A stretch of DNA of 64,000 nucleotides from Somniosus microcephalus (GCA_052327205.1 CM126203.1:36766001-36830000), one strand, 5' to 3'. Positions 37,069 to 50,232 are shown, numbered from the stretch's first letter. The notes: generated by a model from the letters alone, not told the origin. Translations and numbers: made by a program.

Positions 37069-38347
37069 CTAAGCAAATCTGGCCAGGATGAGTGCGTTCC
37101 TTGCATTCCGGCCAGCAATGTTCTCACATAATGGTGCCGCTGTTTGATGGGCCTCTGCAGGGTGCTAATTTTCAGCCTCCTCTTCCTCCTCCTCCTCCTC
37201 AGCATCATCCTCATCCGAGGCGGCTCTGTGAGGAGCCTCTTGGTCCTGCGGAATCTGCAAGCCACAACGCTGTGCCATGTTGTGAAGCACACAGCAAACC
37301 ACGACGATTTTGGAGACCCTGGCTGCTGAGTACTGTAGGGCTCCACCTGATCTATCGAGGCATCTGAAGCACATCCTTCAGCAATCCGATGGTTTGCTCG
37401 ATAATGCATCTGGTCGAAATCTGGCTGGTGTTGTAGCGCTCCTCATCTTCGTTGGCTGGTCTCCTCAACGGCGTCATTAGCCAAGTCCGCAGGGGATATC
37501 CCTTGTCTTCAAGTAGCAATCCCTGAAGTTCGTCTGGCGGACTGAATAGCGGAGGCACAGTAGACTGGTGCAGTATGAGGGAGTCATGGCAGCTGCCAGG
37601 GTACTTGGCACAAACATGCAAAATCTCCTTCTAGTGGTCACACACCAGCTGAACGTTAAGGGAGTGGAAGCCCTTACGGTTGACAAAAATACCTGGATTG
37701 CGATGGGGTGCTCTAAGGGCCACATGTGTGCAGTCAATGACGCCCTGCACCCTTGGAAAGTCTGCCAGCTGAGCTAATCCAAGCGCTCGCGCCCTCACAC
37801 TTGCGCGATCCCTGGTGAAATGGATGTGATTGTGCGCGAGGGCAAAGAGGGCATCGGTTACCTGCATGATGCAAGTGTGTGCGGCTGCCTGGGAGATGCC
37901 GCTGATGTCTGCTGCTGATCCCTGGAAGGAGCCTGAGGCAAAAAAGTTGAGTGCGGTGGTGACTTTGATGGCCACTGGTAAGGAGTGCCGACCTGGTGCT
38001 CTGGGCTCCAGGCCTTGCTGTAGCATTGCGCAGATATCAGTCACTACCTCTCGCGAAAGTCGGAGCCGCCTTTGGCACTGCTGCTCAGTCATGTTGAGGT
38101 AGCTCACCCTGTGTGTGTAGACCCTGCTTGGGGGGTATCTCCTGCGCCGACGGCCTTCCATGCGCTGGCCCCTTCTGGCCTGTGCTGCCTCAGGTGGGTG
38201 AGCCGCAGCCTGCCGCTCCTGCTGCTGCTGTTGCTGGTGCTGCTGTTGTTGCTGGATCTGCTGCAGCCTCCTCTGCTGTTGGAGATCCTCTAATGCCAAG
38301 AAGGGAAGGAAAAAAAGGCCTCCCATGCTTCTGGCAGATGCCTCCAT
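37069..38347 (-). pseudogene. Harbinger DDE transposase (HARBI1-like, DDE_Tnp_4), disrupted
   Basis: Motifs [57 protein letters not shown] and CCVLHN. Stop at 37631, frameshift near 37375. N-terminal polyQ. Confidence 0.93.
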
Positions 38348-39069
38348 TGAGGAAGCGCTGAGTGAGGGTGGTGAGAGGGGCTTCCCAGGAGCTCACACTG
38401 GAGAAGTGTGTGAGGCTCCAACCTTCCACAGCTGTGCCTAAGCCTTGAACAAGTTGCCCCAAGCCTGAAACAACAAGGTCCTGCAATCTACAATTGCTGT
38501 CTGATTAAATCTCTTCTTTCCTGATTGACCTGCAGCTGAAAGTAAGCAAGCCGACATTGTTCACGCCAAGTTTCATCAGCGGTGTTCCCACCAGGCGTGT
38601 TTTACGTGGGGAAAGGCTGAAAATTGCAAGGGCCCCTCAAAATGGCATTATAGATGCCAATTACTGGTGATTAGGATCCCGACGACCAGTCCCGCCTGCT
38701 GCGGGCGGGACTGATTCGGGTCGCATTGAAACGCCGGGGCGAAAGTCGGACGGGACGGGACGGGGAATCAGGTGGGGGGGGGGCGGTCACGACCCCCTAT
38801 TTTTGTGATTTCCCCCCCACACGCCTGAAACCCCACCTGACGGCTCCAGGAAAATCGAGGCCCTAATTTACGATGTATCTCCCTCAATGAACCAAGATAC
38901 TTCTTTCAAAATATATAGGTAATTATATGATGTGTAATTTGTGTGTATTGATGGATGCACAGGGAAAGTGTGACACTTACCACACTTGTGCGATTTTAAT
39001 CTATCACTAGAAAATCTCCCACAGTGCCCCTCATGGTGAGTCAAAGAATATGCTATTTTATAACAGCTA

Positions 39070-39684
39070 CTTTTAGCGCCCCGAAAGAATTAGCGCCCCG
39101 CAGCTGAAATTCATTGGTAGCACCACAAAAGGGAAGCGGGGCGCTACTGGAAGCCATGTGCAGGCCTTCCTCCCTTTCCTCCCCACAGCGCGACCCGGGG
39201 CCCAGCTGGGCCACCAGGGATCAGAGTGCCGGCAAAAGAGCCCGGCACTCAAGAGAAGTGCCGGGCCCATAGAGTGCGCACTCCGCGAGAGGGGGCTGAA
39301 GAGGAGACCAGGGATGGCAATGGGGGCAGGTGCTGTCAGGCGGCCAGCAACAAAAATGGCTGCCCGGCACCTCGCCTTTAATTAGCACCACCCCAGCCGC
39401 AGGTAGGCCCTCCTGACCCCGTCGGACATTGCGTCCGGCGGTAAGTCAGCGGGCGCTACCGAAGATCGGAGCCGGGGCGTGAGCAGGGTGCTGCGCTTGG
39501 TGATGAGGTAATCGTCGGTGGCGCAGCACCGCGGAGAGGTAATGATTACCGCCGCCCCTAACCTCCCGCTGAATTTCACAGGAGGCATTGGCGGCGCCGT
39601 GCCTGGGCGCTAGTTGCTTTGCACCCTGTTATCACCCTCTTAGGGCGCTAATAGGAGGTGAAAGGCAACCGAATTTGTCCCCCC
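39070..39684. mobile_element. GC-rich Harbinger-type MITE remnant
   Basis: Right end GAATTTGTCCCCC. Repeated TAGCGCCC/GGGCGCTA motifs shared with 42155-42836. Left TIR not found. Confidence 0.5.
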
Positions 39685-39927
39685 TGATATTTAGCAATAT
39701 TGGGAGGGGAGGTTGACTTTTAGCAGCACTGTTGACCAATTCTGGGCTTTAGTTGAACTGGAGGAATAGTCCTGAAGTTTGGCAGCATGGGGTAGGAGAA
39801 GTGTCCTGTGGTTTAGCAACACCATGGATTGGGAACCTGAGATTTGTAGAACTTGTGTGAGGTGGCAGGATGTGAGGTTTGGCTCACTAGTGGATTTCTA
39901 GGTTTGTCAGCAGTGAGGGAGGAGTTG

Positions 39928-40949
39928 GGGGGTCGATTTTCATTGACCCGTGGAGTCGGGATTGGAGGCGTGCGGGGGGTTAAAGTCCCGAATTCGGGGG
40001 TCCCGACACCATCCCGCCCCCAACCCGCCTCCATGTAAGTTTCATAGAAATATAGAAACATAGAAGATAGGAGCAGGAGTAGGCCATTCGGCCCTTTGAG
40101 CCTGCTCTGCCATTCAATGAGATTATGGCTGATCTTCCAAATTCAATACCCTGTCCCTGCCTTCTCCCCATATCACTTGATCCCTTTAGCCTCAAGAAAT
40201 ATATCCAACTCTTTCTTGAATAAAGGAGGCGGATACCTGCCCCGCACTTGGACCCGCCTACCTGAGGCGGGAAGGGATTAGTGCCAATTAACTGCCTGTT
40301 AACAGGTAGTTAACAGGCAGTTTTTAGCCTAATCCCTATTTTAAAGCTTGAAGTGTGGGATTCCCGATGGCTCCAAACCACGCCAAGTTAGAGGAGTCGG
40401 GCCGTCGGGTTGAAGGACTTGGAGGGGTCGAGATGTCGGTGTTCAGGTGAGTGATGTGTGAATGAGTGCAGAGGTAAGTGTGTTTGGTGTGTCTAAAGTG
40501 TGTAAAGAAGTTTAAATTACCTGTACTTACCTTTTCAGCCTTCCTTCCTCTAGGTTTCGGGAGTCCATCATCTAACCGGCACAGAAAGCAGAATGGCTGC
40601 GAACTGTCAAAAGTGACAGCCTGCAGCTTTCTGTGCCAGTGAGATTTCTAACTGAGTCTGTGTAGAAGGACTCAGGTTAGAAGTAAGACTGTCAGTGTTT
40701 GACAGCTTCAAGCAGCTGTGAAACATTGATATTTCATCTGTCAAAACGTCTTGGCAGATGAAATTTCAGTCTGTGACGTCACCTGTTGCCGGGTGGCCTT
40801 TAATTGGCCTGCTGAGCCTGCTGGGTGGGCTCAACAAGGTCAATCAAGTTAAAATCGTGTGGATTGGCCGCATCTCGATGGAGGCGGGACTACAACCCCA
40901 AAAGTTGTAGTCCCGCCTCCTTCCCGACTTCTGAATGAAAATCACCCCC
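39928..40949. mobile_element. Harbinger-type MITE with 3-bp TSD
   Basis: TIRs GGGGGTCGATTTTCATT and AATGAAAATCACCCCC. TSD TTG at 39925-39927 and 40950-40952. Confidence 0.8.
40043..40222 (-). mobile_element. CR1 family A 3' fragment inside the MITE
   Basis: Reverse complement of the 3' UTR at 8795-8968, including the (TTCTATGT)n tail. Confidence 0.9.
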
Positions 40950-41084
40950 TTGGTCTCAGTTCTCTGCCTGAAGGTAGTTTTAAGTGTGAAAACTGCGTTG
41001 AACTCTACATTTGAGACTGCTAGGAAATGGCTGCTCAGTGCGGGGAGATCTGGCTATGTTCTGCTGGGCCTGGGTCTTTTTTCC

Positions 41085-41770
41085 CTTCATGCTGCTATAC
41101 CATGGCCCCCTCCCTCAACATTACCAAAGCCACATGCCAACCTCAGTGCTCCCAGGCTCTCAAGCGCCCCAGTTCAGTTGTCCCTGCAAAATCCCCGCTC
41201 CCCTTCCCCAGTACGCCCATGCCATGGGACTCTTTCTCAATGCTACCAGATCTAGCCCTTCCCCTCTTCCTGTCCTACCAATGCTCTGACCTTTCCCCCT
41301 CCCAACCCCATGCTGCCACCCCCAATAATGAAAGATACTGGTACCCTCCTCCAATGCTCCCAGACATTGGCATCCCACTCAATGCTGCCAGACCTTCAGA
41401 CCTCTTACCTTATGATACTAGGCCCTGTCACCTTCCCAATCCTGTCATCCTCCTGCCCAGGGCCCCACACTTTAGGGCCTTCCATTCCCAGTACTAACAG
41501 ACATATATTCCTCCAATGTTCCTAGGCAGCAGTATTTTCCTCTAGCGAGCCAGACCTCAATATCTTCCCAATGTTGCCCAATCCAGAACCCTCTGCTCCA
41601 CTGCTGCCACATCCTGGGATTCTCTCTTACTACCAGACCCCAGGAATCACCAAACAAGCCAAAGCCCACATTCCACCTCTCAGTGCTACCAAACCCTCGG
41701 TTCTCCCTCTACAGTAGTGCTATATCCCATAATCACCCCCCACACCTGCCAATACTACCAGCCGATAACT
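41085..41770. repeat. Degenerate minisatellite-like array, core CAATGCTRCCAGACC with C/T-rich spacers
   Basis: Core variants near 41144, 41238, 41279, 41352, 41380, 41514, 41569, 41598, 41681 and 41750. Confidence 0.55.
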
Positions 41771-41949
41771 GCTGCTAAACCTAAGAATGCTACTGTTCAG
41801 TCTGCGTATGTTGCCTACCATCTTCATTTATGCCTCTTAAAAAGGTACTGCTATGGTTCTTTCCATAGCTATCTGTCAGCTGAATGGGTGCATGCAGTGT
41901 GAAGCATTTCCCACTCTGCATCAGTATATGAATCAGGCCATAATACTAT

Positions 41950-43330
41950 TTAGAACAATTTGTATTGATACAGTGCCTTTAATGTAAAAATTACCTGAAG
42001 GTGTTTCATAAACAGGCACAGTAAAAAAAATGGCACCAAACCAGGGAGGGAGAGATTAGGAAGGGTGAATGGAGGCTAGGTCGAAGAGGTGGGTTTTGAA
42101 GATGTGTTTAAAGATGGAGAGAGAGTTTCAGATGTGGAGTGGTTTAGGGAGACATGGCTAAAAATTCAGTTTGGGGCGCCAAGCTCGCCTGGGCGCCGGA
42201 ATTACCGCTGCGTGCGGAGCCACTTGCGCCATCCGGATATTCAGTTTCTGCGCCCCAAATGGAAGCGGGCCGCTAAACGAGGCTTCCCGCGCCCCACTTG
42301 GGGCGCTGAAACTGAATATCGGCGCGCTAAGGGCCACAGCGCCACACGCTGCGGCACAGCACGCTGCGGTACTGCAGGCCTTCCTCCCACTGTTAAGGGG
42401 GAGGTGCCAGCAACAGCGCGATTCCCGCTCACGAGTGCCGGCAAATGAGCCCGGCACCAAGGAGAAACAGCCGGCAATGCCGCGGGGGGGGGGTGTAGGA
42501 GGCCGGGGATGGAGGTGCGGGCAGGCGGGCGCCGAAAAAGCGGCCGGCCGCACCTCCACCTTAACTAGCGCCACTACCGCCACAGGTAGGCCCCTGTGTA
42601 CCGGTCGCTATTTGCGGCCGGCGCTGAGGAGGCGGGCGCGACCAAATATGGCCATCGGGGCGATAGCGGGGTGCTGCGCACACCGATGACGTCATCGGTG
42701 GTGGCACAGCGCTACAGGCTAACGCCGCCATTAGCGCCCCGCTAAATATCGCGATAGGTGTGGCCAGTGGCGCAAAAGCCACTGAGTGCCCTCTTTGGGC
42801 GCAAACTGGTGGCGCAGGCCACTGAATTTCTAGGCCACAGTTCCTAAGAGTAGGATTGAGGTGACTGAAGGCTCTGCCACCAATGGTGGGGTGAAGAAAA
42901 GTGATTTGCATAGAAGACCAAAATGGGATGAATGGTACATTCAGGAGGGGTAAAAGGACTGGAAGAGATTGCAGAGATTGAGTGGAGCAAGGCCATAGAG
43001 GGTTTTATGGTTGAGGGCAAGAGTTTTGATTTTTTTGGGCATTGGGGGACAGGCAACCGGTGTAAATCAGAAAAGATGGAAATGATGGGCTTGCAGGATG
43101 GAATAACTGCAGTAGAGCTTTGGACAAGTTAGACTTAATGGAGAATGGAGGATTGGATACCAGAAAGGAGAGCATTAAAGTAATCAAGGATGGAGGCGAC
43201 AAAGGTATAAGGGTTTCAGTATCAGAGGGGCTGAGATAAAGGCACAAGTGGAAGCAAGTTGTGTTGGCGATAGATAGGATATAGGTTTAAATCCCAGCTC
43301 AGGGTTCAACAGGACCCTATGTTTATTTTC
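41950..43330 (-). mobile_element. Decayed L2 LINE 3' portion, split by a MITE
   Basis: Reverse complement is similar to the L2 3' end at 49685-50232. Confidence 0.7.
42155..42836. mobile_element. GC/CpG-rich Harbinger-type MITE
   Basis: TIRs TGGCTAAAAATTCAGT and ACTGAATTTCTAGGCC. ACA flanks both sides (42152-42154 and 42837-42839). Confidence 0.7.
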
Positions 43331-43787
43331 CAATTGATTTAAAACCAAGCTGTAGATTAATTTTAAAAGCTTTTTTATGAAAAAGTTTCCGAGGAAAACT
43401 ATTACAAAGTATTAAGTCTTGCTTCAAGAGCGAGGCTGCTGAAAGAGACAAAGATAGCGAGAAAACAGAGGCTAATGATTAGAGTATCTTTTTATTTTTA
43501 TATTTAGAATTTTGACTTTAATTTTTCTCAGTGGAAAAATTCAAAGCATTTCTTCAGGTTATAAAACAATTGATGTTTTTTTTGTTTTTCTAATGATTTA
43601 AAAACAAGCTGCAAAAATATTTTAAGCCCTTTTTCAGGGAAAAATTCACACAGGTTCCATTATCTACTTCAAGGAGAAATGAGAGATGGACAGATAGAGA
43701 AAGAAGGGATGATTACAGCTCTGTTTATACATAGGATTCAAAAACAATATTTTTTTACATAAAGATTTGTTTATACCATTGTGCTAG

Positions 43788-45300
43788 TGTAGGGGGTTTC
43801 TCTTGCTCGTTCTGGTCTCCTACCAGGCTTCGTGCAATAATTACCCTTGAGTGGTTCGACCCACTCTCCCCTACGGTTCTAGACCTTGGACTTAGGTGCA
43901 GGGAACTGTAGTGCAGAGAAAGACTCAATAGACCAGGTTGAATAGCACGAAATGGATGCTTTTATTATTAAAAAGTTTGCAGCATTAAGAAATACATGTC
44001 ATAAGCACAGATTAATGTAACTACAAGCATACACATATCTATAAACTTAACTCTATGGAAATGGGGAACACACGGCACATCGTAAAAGGGGAAACACATT
44101 ACGATTACCCTTACCCCCTCCCCTAGACCTAGACTAAGTTTCGACTTGAGGAACTCGGAATCATGCTCACCACTTTCAGATTCACAAAAGAGGTGGTTCG
44201 CAGCCTTTTAGCACAGCTTTCCGTCGTCACGTGGATTTGGAAACTTCTGGCGCAGCTTGTTTTTCTCTCTCAGGCGATGAGGCAGTGGACACAGCCTCAA
44301 TGAGCGCTCGTCATGACTGAATCCGTTAAAAGTTGTTGAAGAACTGGATACATGGGAGAATCTGTCACCGATCCCTGGTCGAATGGTATGTTGAGGCCCT
44401 GGAGGACGAGGCCCGGAATGTCCTTTTTAACCGGCCTGGACCGTCGGTTTTCCTGAGGGTGTCTTCTCCTTCGGCCTGGGTCGTCGATGATCTCCCGACA
44501 ACAGTACTCGGGCCACCCTCGTCGTCTTCCCGTTGTGGCCGAGCCTTGCCTGGCCGAACACCGACCACGTTGCCTTAACCGAAGAGTCCGTCCCGAAACG
44601 TCCTCGAAAGAAGAAGACGTCCTGATCGAATTCCGAAGCTACCGAGGTAGAAGAAGCGTGTTCCCGAAGCGTGAATCTGAAGCAAAGCGTCCTGATGGAC
44701 TTTTCAATCCACAGTTATACCTTTTTGGGACAGTCTTATCTCCCGCCAAATCATAGTCCAGTCTTTGTAATATTTTTGGCGGGCAGAAATCTCTGCAGGG
44801 GCGCTTTGTCTTGTAACGGGAGCCGGTGATAGCTTAACTGGCCTTCCTGGCCGATAATGTCTTTTACTTTGTCACCGTAACTCGGTTCGCATATTGATTG
44901 GTCTGGAGATTGCCCTTGATGGCTGTTAAACGGTCTTTCCTTTGTACAGTAAATGGGTTTAAGTGTTCATTCAAATTGTCCGCCCATATCTTGATGGGCC
45001 CCATCCTGTTACCTGAAACTGTCTTGTACTTAGAATCCAATTAATATGTATGCTCAGTTCCCTGAGTTTCGGTTTCCCGATACTGGCTTTCGCGGGCTTA
45101 CTGTCCTCAATCCACAAGCCTGTCTGGTTTGCAGTAACCGAAATCAAATGGTCCCAGAAACTGATCACGAGGTCCGGCGGCCATTTTGTATGCCCCTTTT
45201 ATCAAAGGTTTTTCTGTACAAGCTTTCTCTTGGTCAATAAACTGTCTCATCAACCCTGTTTTGTTGCGTGATTGAATTCCTGAAAATTTCGAATCTTACA
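43788..45300 (-). mobile_element. Long solo LTR (1513 bp)
   Basis: The minus strand reads TGTAAG...CCCCCTACA. Perfect TSD CTAG (43784-43787 and 45301-45304). AATAAA at 43966-43961. Confidence 0.85.
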
Positions 45301-45479
45301 CTAGCTATTTATCTAGTGGCAATCAGTAAACACTATATTTATTTGGCAGAAACCAATCAGAAAACAATGGCTTCACTATCTCTGCTAAGAGGTTTTAGAA
45401 ACTTTTTCCAAATTATTCCACTGGAATGTTGCACCGTTCTATCACATCCTATCCCATAATCCTCCTCCCTTGCAGCCTA

Positions 45480-48400
45480 CCGAGGCGGGCTCAGTGCGGC
45501 CGAGGTAGGTGGCGGGTTGTGACCCCGCTCCTGGCTCCATCCCACTCTGTGAGAAGAATTTTCCATTGATTAGGCTTGTTAAGCCTGCCCTGCAAGGTTG
45601 CCGGCCAATTAAAAGGAAGTGGGTCTGATGACATCAATTGATGACCCGTCATCAGCCGATTTCCTTAAAGGGACCATATCCACATTGATTTTGACATTTC
45701 TGCTGTCAGTGTTCTGAAGATTTGAGGTGCTGCAAACACTAACAAGCACTGCACAAATGTGCACGGCTGCACACAGGCTCTCCCATGACTCCCTCCCTAT
45801 GCTTATGAAGGAAGTCACAGCAAACAGGGAGGTTCTCTTCCCTTACAATGGGAAGAAGAGACCTCCCCAGGAGACCAACGCAGCCTGGTTGCACATTGCA
45901 CAGGAGGGCACAAGCAGGGATGTCATCAGGAGAACATGGCTGCAGTGGCACAAACCTTTCAATGATCTCAGTAGATCATGAAACGTTACTGCAAAGCCAT
46001 ACTCAACCTCATCCTGCTGTGTCTCTCATCACATTACCAACACTCTGCCTTCCCTACCCTACTCCTGCACATCCTTACTCACACCTTGCACCTCAACCCA
46101 TCCCTCTCTCTCTCTATCTACATCATCACATCCCCATCTCACTAGCCACCCCACACACTCACCCGCATCCTTGTCCAATCATACCAACTAACACACAATG
46201 GTAGGCACTTAAGTGTTTTCACCAATGTTCATGTAAAGTTTCTGTTAATGTGTTTGCCTTCTTGGAGAGATTTGTGTGCCCCTTTGGAAGTGGCTTAGTG
46301 AGTTGCAGTGAATGGTGAGATATAATGGTACCCCTCACAATGGCGATAAGTGTGAAAGGAATGGCTTGGACATTGTAGGGATGCATTATGGTGCTGGTGT
46401 GGGATGATGCCAACCTGGCGCATTATATGGCAGCCAGGGTGTACAGCATCAAGTGAAGTCAATCTGGCCGTGGTGAGGCCATCCCTGGCATCCCGGGCAG
46501 CAATGTGGTCGGGTGCTGATGCCCTGTGTCCTGTGCAGCATCAGGTGATTGCGGAATGGTTGGTGTTGTTGTTGGTGATGCTGGTGTGCCTGGTGATGTT
46601 GGTGTTGGGGCTGATCATGGTGGGATTCTGAGGGCCAAGGTGAGATTTGTTCAAGGGTACCGATGCTGCTGGAATAGATGCCAGCTGAAGTTGAGATGAC
46701 AGAAGCGATCTGTCAATGGTGAGAGAGCTTGCTCCCAGGAGATGACAAGTGGATGGAGAATTTACTCCAAACACTTCCAAACTGCATAAAGCTGAAAAGC
46801 GTACTCCAAATCCTGAAAGCTCCAGCTTCTAACATTGGACGGTGAACAGCTGTGAAATGGTAGCTTTTATACCACTTTTGCAGCTGTCAACTATTCAGAG
46901 GAATGGAGAGTCATTGACAGATGTACTTACCTGACGTGATCCCCGAGCACCGGGAACCTCATGAAAAATTTGGTAAAATGTTAAGTGTAGGCGTTTTGCA
47001 AAATCCTCAATTTCCCTGAAGATTGAAAATATTGGTCCACATCGTGGATGAAGAATTGGGTGATGTGACTTGTCTACAGTGTTTTAAAATGTACCAAGAA
47101 CCGCAAAAGACTGCTCTGAGATGGACAGAACGTGGACAACACTGGAGTCATAGAGCTCTGTGGAAAATATTCACACACCTTAAGACAGTGTTTTTATTAA
47201 TAAAATTGTTCCCTGGAGTTTGGGCAATCACAAAAGGTTTTAAAATGGCCACAGAAAGCATTGGCCATGAAGAATGGGGCTTGAAAAAAAAGCAGCTCGA
47301 GTTGTCTGTGTGAAAAAGTGGGAGGATACAGTGGCAGTCATAGACCTGCCAATCAAAGGGAGGTTCCCTTCAGAAGCACTTGAAGTTGCTCATTTACTTA
47401 AGAGATTAGCCCACTTGAGAATAACCGCAGGACAATCGATTCAAAACTGCTTCTGTTTACACAGCCATTCAGACATTCAATAACTACTCAGACACACAAA
47501 GAGACATTGAAACCATGGACTGGATTTTGAATGTGAACAGTTTAAGCATTGAATGGGTTTAAATCACCCATCATTCTGGACAATAGGGCTGCTGCATTCC
47601 CTTTTGTTTTAGCCCAGGTGAGCTCCGGATATGGGTGGGAACATTTTGGCCCCACAGTGCAGACACATTAACCCATTCCAACCACTTTGAATCATCCAAT
47701 CAACAGCTTTTCTCTTGTGCATTGGAACTTTTTGGGCGCGAATTTTCCAGACAGGCAAACATCAGGGGGGCTCACCAGGTATATAAGAAAGCTCCTGAGA
47801 AGCTATCGCTCTGTTTTTACTTCCTGGGACCACGGGTGAGCTTCTCTCTCTCTCTCTCACTTTGCTGGACCACATGTGAGCAGAGTTTCTGACTCCTCAG
47901 CAAAGCAACCTAGTAAGGAGTTAGGGGATGGTGAATTAAGAGGATATTGCAAAGATTGTTTAATTAACATTGTAGCCATTTAATCCCTCATTTTTACCGT
48001 CTGCATTCCCCCATTTAAGTAATTTTACTGTAATTACTGTGTTCATGTGGTATAGTTTATAATTTGATTGTAGTTCATTTAGTTAATAAAAACTTGTTTT
48101 TTTTCTCTCATCCAAACCATGTGTCCGTTTTAATATCATTAATTATAAGTCCTTCAGTCAGAACTGGAAGGTGGGGTAGCGATTCAAAACCACTGTTTGA
48201 AAATTGGTTTATTGGAAATTGGTTTACAGTGTAGCAGCAGGCTGCCTGACCAGGTGAATTACCGTAAACCAGGTAAAAGATTGGAATTGGTCAGAGTGCA
48301 GGCAAAGGCTGCAAGACCAGGTAAATTACCTTAAACCAGTTAAGAGATGCCCCCCTACAAAAGTACATGGTAACATGGTGTTTAAGTACCTTTTAACAAG

Positions 48401-48590
48401 CTCTTAAGTATCTGAATTGACTCACCCGCCGCTTGGTGTTGGGTCTGTAAAGCGCAGACAGACCCAAAACTTGGGAAACTGACATGGAGGCAGATTGACA
48501 GCGGGATCCCGACCCACTGTCAATCTTTTCGATTTTGACAGGGGACCCACCTCCGAACCTGCCCTCTGAGTGCCGGCAAAATTCCGACCA
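45480..48590. mobile_element. Internally deleted Harbinger #3 (Myb exon-1 remnant and fused transposase ends), with solo LTR inserted
   Basis: 45770-45980 encodes REVLFP...PPQETNAAWLHIA...RRTWLQ..KPFNDL. Right end AAAATTCCGACCA|TAA. Left TIR not found. Homologous to 55584-56512. Confidence 0.7.
46986..48359 (+). mobile_element. Long solo LTR (1374 bp)
   Basis: Ends TGTAGG...CCCCCTACA, TSD TAAG/AAAG (1 mismatch). TATA-like GTATATAAG near 47779 and AATAAA at 48085-48090. Confidence 0.75.
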
Positions 48591-49684
48591 TAATTTCTGA
48601 CCCACTGTGAACCGTACCATTGGAAATCCAAATTTTATATATATGTATGCGTGTTTATACATATTATACATAAACATTTGAGGCACATCTATTGCACTTC
48701 AGGTGTCACTATCATGTTAACATATCCTTGCCACACCTAAAAAAAAGAAAGCCAATCATTTCCAATTTTCCAACTTGCCCAGGCACACAAAAAATTCTAA
48801 TTGACTTCAGGAATCCTATTTAAAAAATGTATTTAAGGACAAGAGAGCTATTGTGAGATCTACTCTACCTGAGGATCTGCTCAGAGCATTCAGCGTCTTA
48901 TTGACCTGAGGCATTAAAGGGGAGAACCATGTTACACGCAGAAGCACTTTAGCAGCAGAATAATAAATTGTGTATTGGATGTTGTAACCTGCTCTTTATA
49001 GGCAGCTTACCAATCTGGGGGTGGAAAATCTGGCAGGGTGACTGATATTGGAGGTCTTGCAGCAGCACCTTAAATGGGAGGGGTGGCAGTGACGTGAGTG
49101 ATAGGAAGCAGCCATTTTGAGCAGCAGGCAAAATTATTGCAGCAGAAAGGAGATTAAATATGGAATCCTTTAAGGCTCAAAGTCCACAAGCGATTGCATA
49201 AAAATTAGTACTTACTTCTAGTGTTTCCTGACTGCATATAAAGATCCTATTAATGTATGCCTGACTTCTACTGCCCATGTTTGGTGGATGGGCCAGGAAC
49301 TGGCGGTAATCCATAAGGAAGCGAGAAAAATAGCAGCAGGGGTCATAACTACATTTGATTCCCAAGTAACATATATTCAGGAGGTTCTTGCCTGTTTCTG
49401 GGTGAGACCTCTGGTGGCAAGATTGAAATCCACTTGATATCCAGAATGGGGTGGGCCTTGGTGGTAAGTCTGTGTTTCAACTAAATGCATTATTTTAGCC
49501 TCGCTACCATTGCATTTTTAGGCACAAATGGGGTGGTAGGGACATTAAAATTGCCTTACTGGGTTTGCAGGACTCTCATGTTTGTTGTAACCACCAAGTC
49601 ATCGAGCAGTTTTCCTCTCCCTCGTATGTTGTGTTTTAATCTCATTTTTCCTTTTTAATTGGTTTTCCATGCCTTTGTTACTTC

Positions 49685-50232
49685 TAGACTTGACTATTCC
49701 AATGCTCTCTTGGCCGGCCTCCCATCTTCCACCCTCCATAAACTTGAACTCATCCAATACTCTGCTGCCCGTATCCCAACTCGCAGAAAGTCCCGTTCAT
49801 CCGTCACCTGTGCTCACTGACCTACATTGGCTCCTGGTCTGGCAATGACCTAATTTTAAAATTTTCATCCTTGTTTTCAAATCCCGCCATGGCCTCACCC
49901 CTCCTTATCATTAACCTCCTCCAGCCCTACAACCCTCCGAGATCTGCACACCTCCAATTCTGGCATCCCCAATTTTAATCACTCCACCATTGAAGGCCGT
50001 GGCTTCAACTACCAGGGCCCTAGGCTCCGGAATTTTCTCCCTAATCCTCTCTGCCTCTTTACCTCCCTCTCCTCCTTTAAGGCGTTCCTTAAAACCTACC
50101 TCTATGACCAACCTGTCCTAATAACTCCTTACGTGCTTGGTGCCAAATTTTGTTTTGGTAATGCTCTTGTGGAGTGCCTTGGGACGTTTTACTACGTTAA
50201 AGGTGCTATATAAATGCAAGTTGTAGTTGTTG
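49685..50232 (+). mobile_element. L2 LINE 3' fragment
   Basis: RLDYSNALLAGLP...LIQYSAAR...LHWL remnant and tail GCTATATAAATGCAAGTTGTAGTTGTTG. Confidence 0.85.

Larger units (their letters stand above)
29438..38863. mobile_element. PIF/Harbinger DNA transposon #2 with convergent Myb and transposase genes (decayed autonomous type)
   Basis: Imperfect TIRs GGGGCCGATTTTCC and GGAAAATCGAGGCCC, with a possible CTA TSD. Myb gene on plus, DDE transposase on minus. Confidence 0.85.

Noticed and set aside
37069-38347. Host HARBI1 gene
   Set aside because: It lies within TIRs next to a Myb partner and carries stops and a frameshift, so it is a transposon copy. No gene symbol assigned.
41085-41770. CRISPR-like repeat-spacer array
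   Set aside because: Eukaryotic context, degenerate repeats, irregular spacing and no cas genes.
43780-45446. Alternative LTR boundaries TGTGCTAG...CTATCACA with a PPT-like flank
   Set aside because: No TSD. The boundaries 43788-45300 give a perfect CTAG TSD and the family-type termini.
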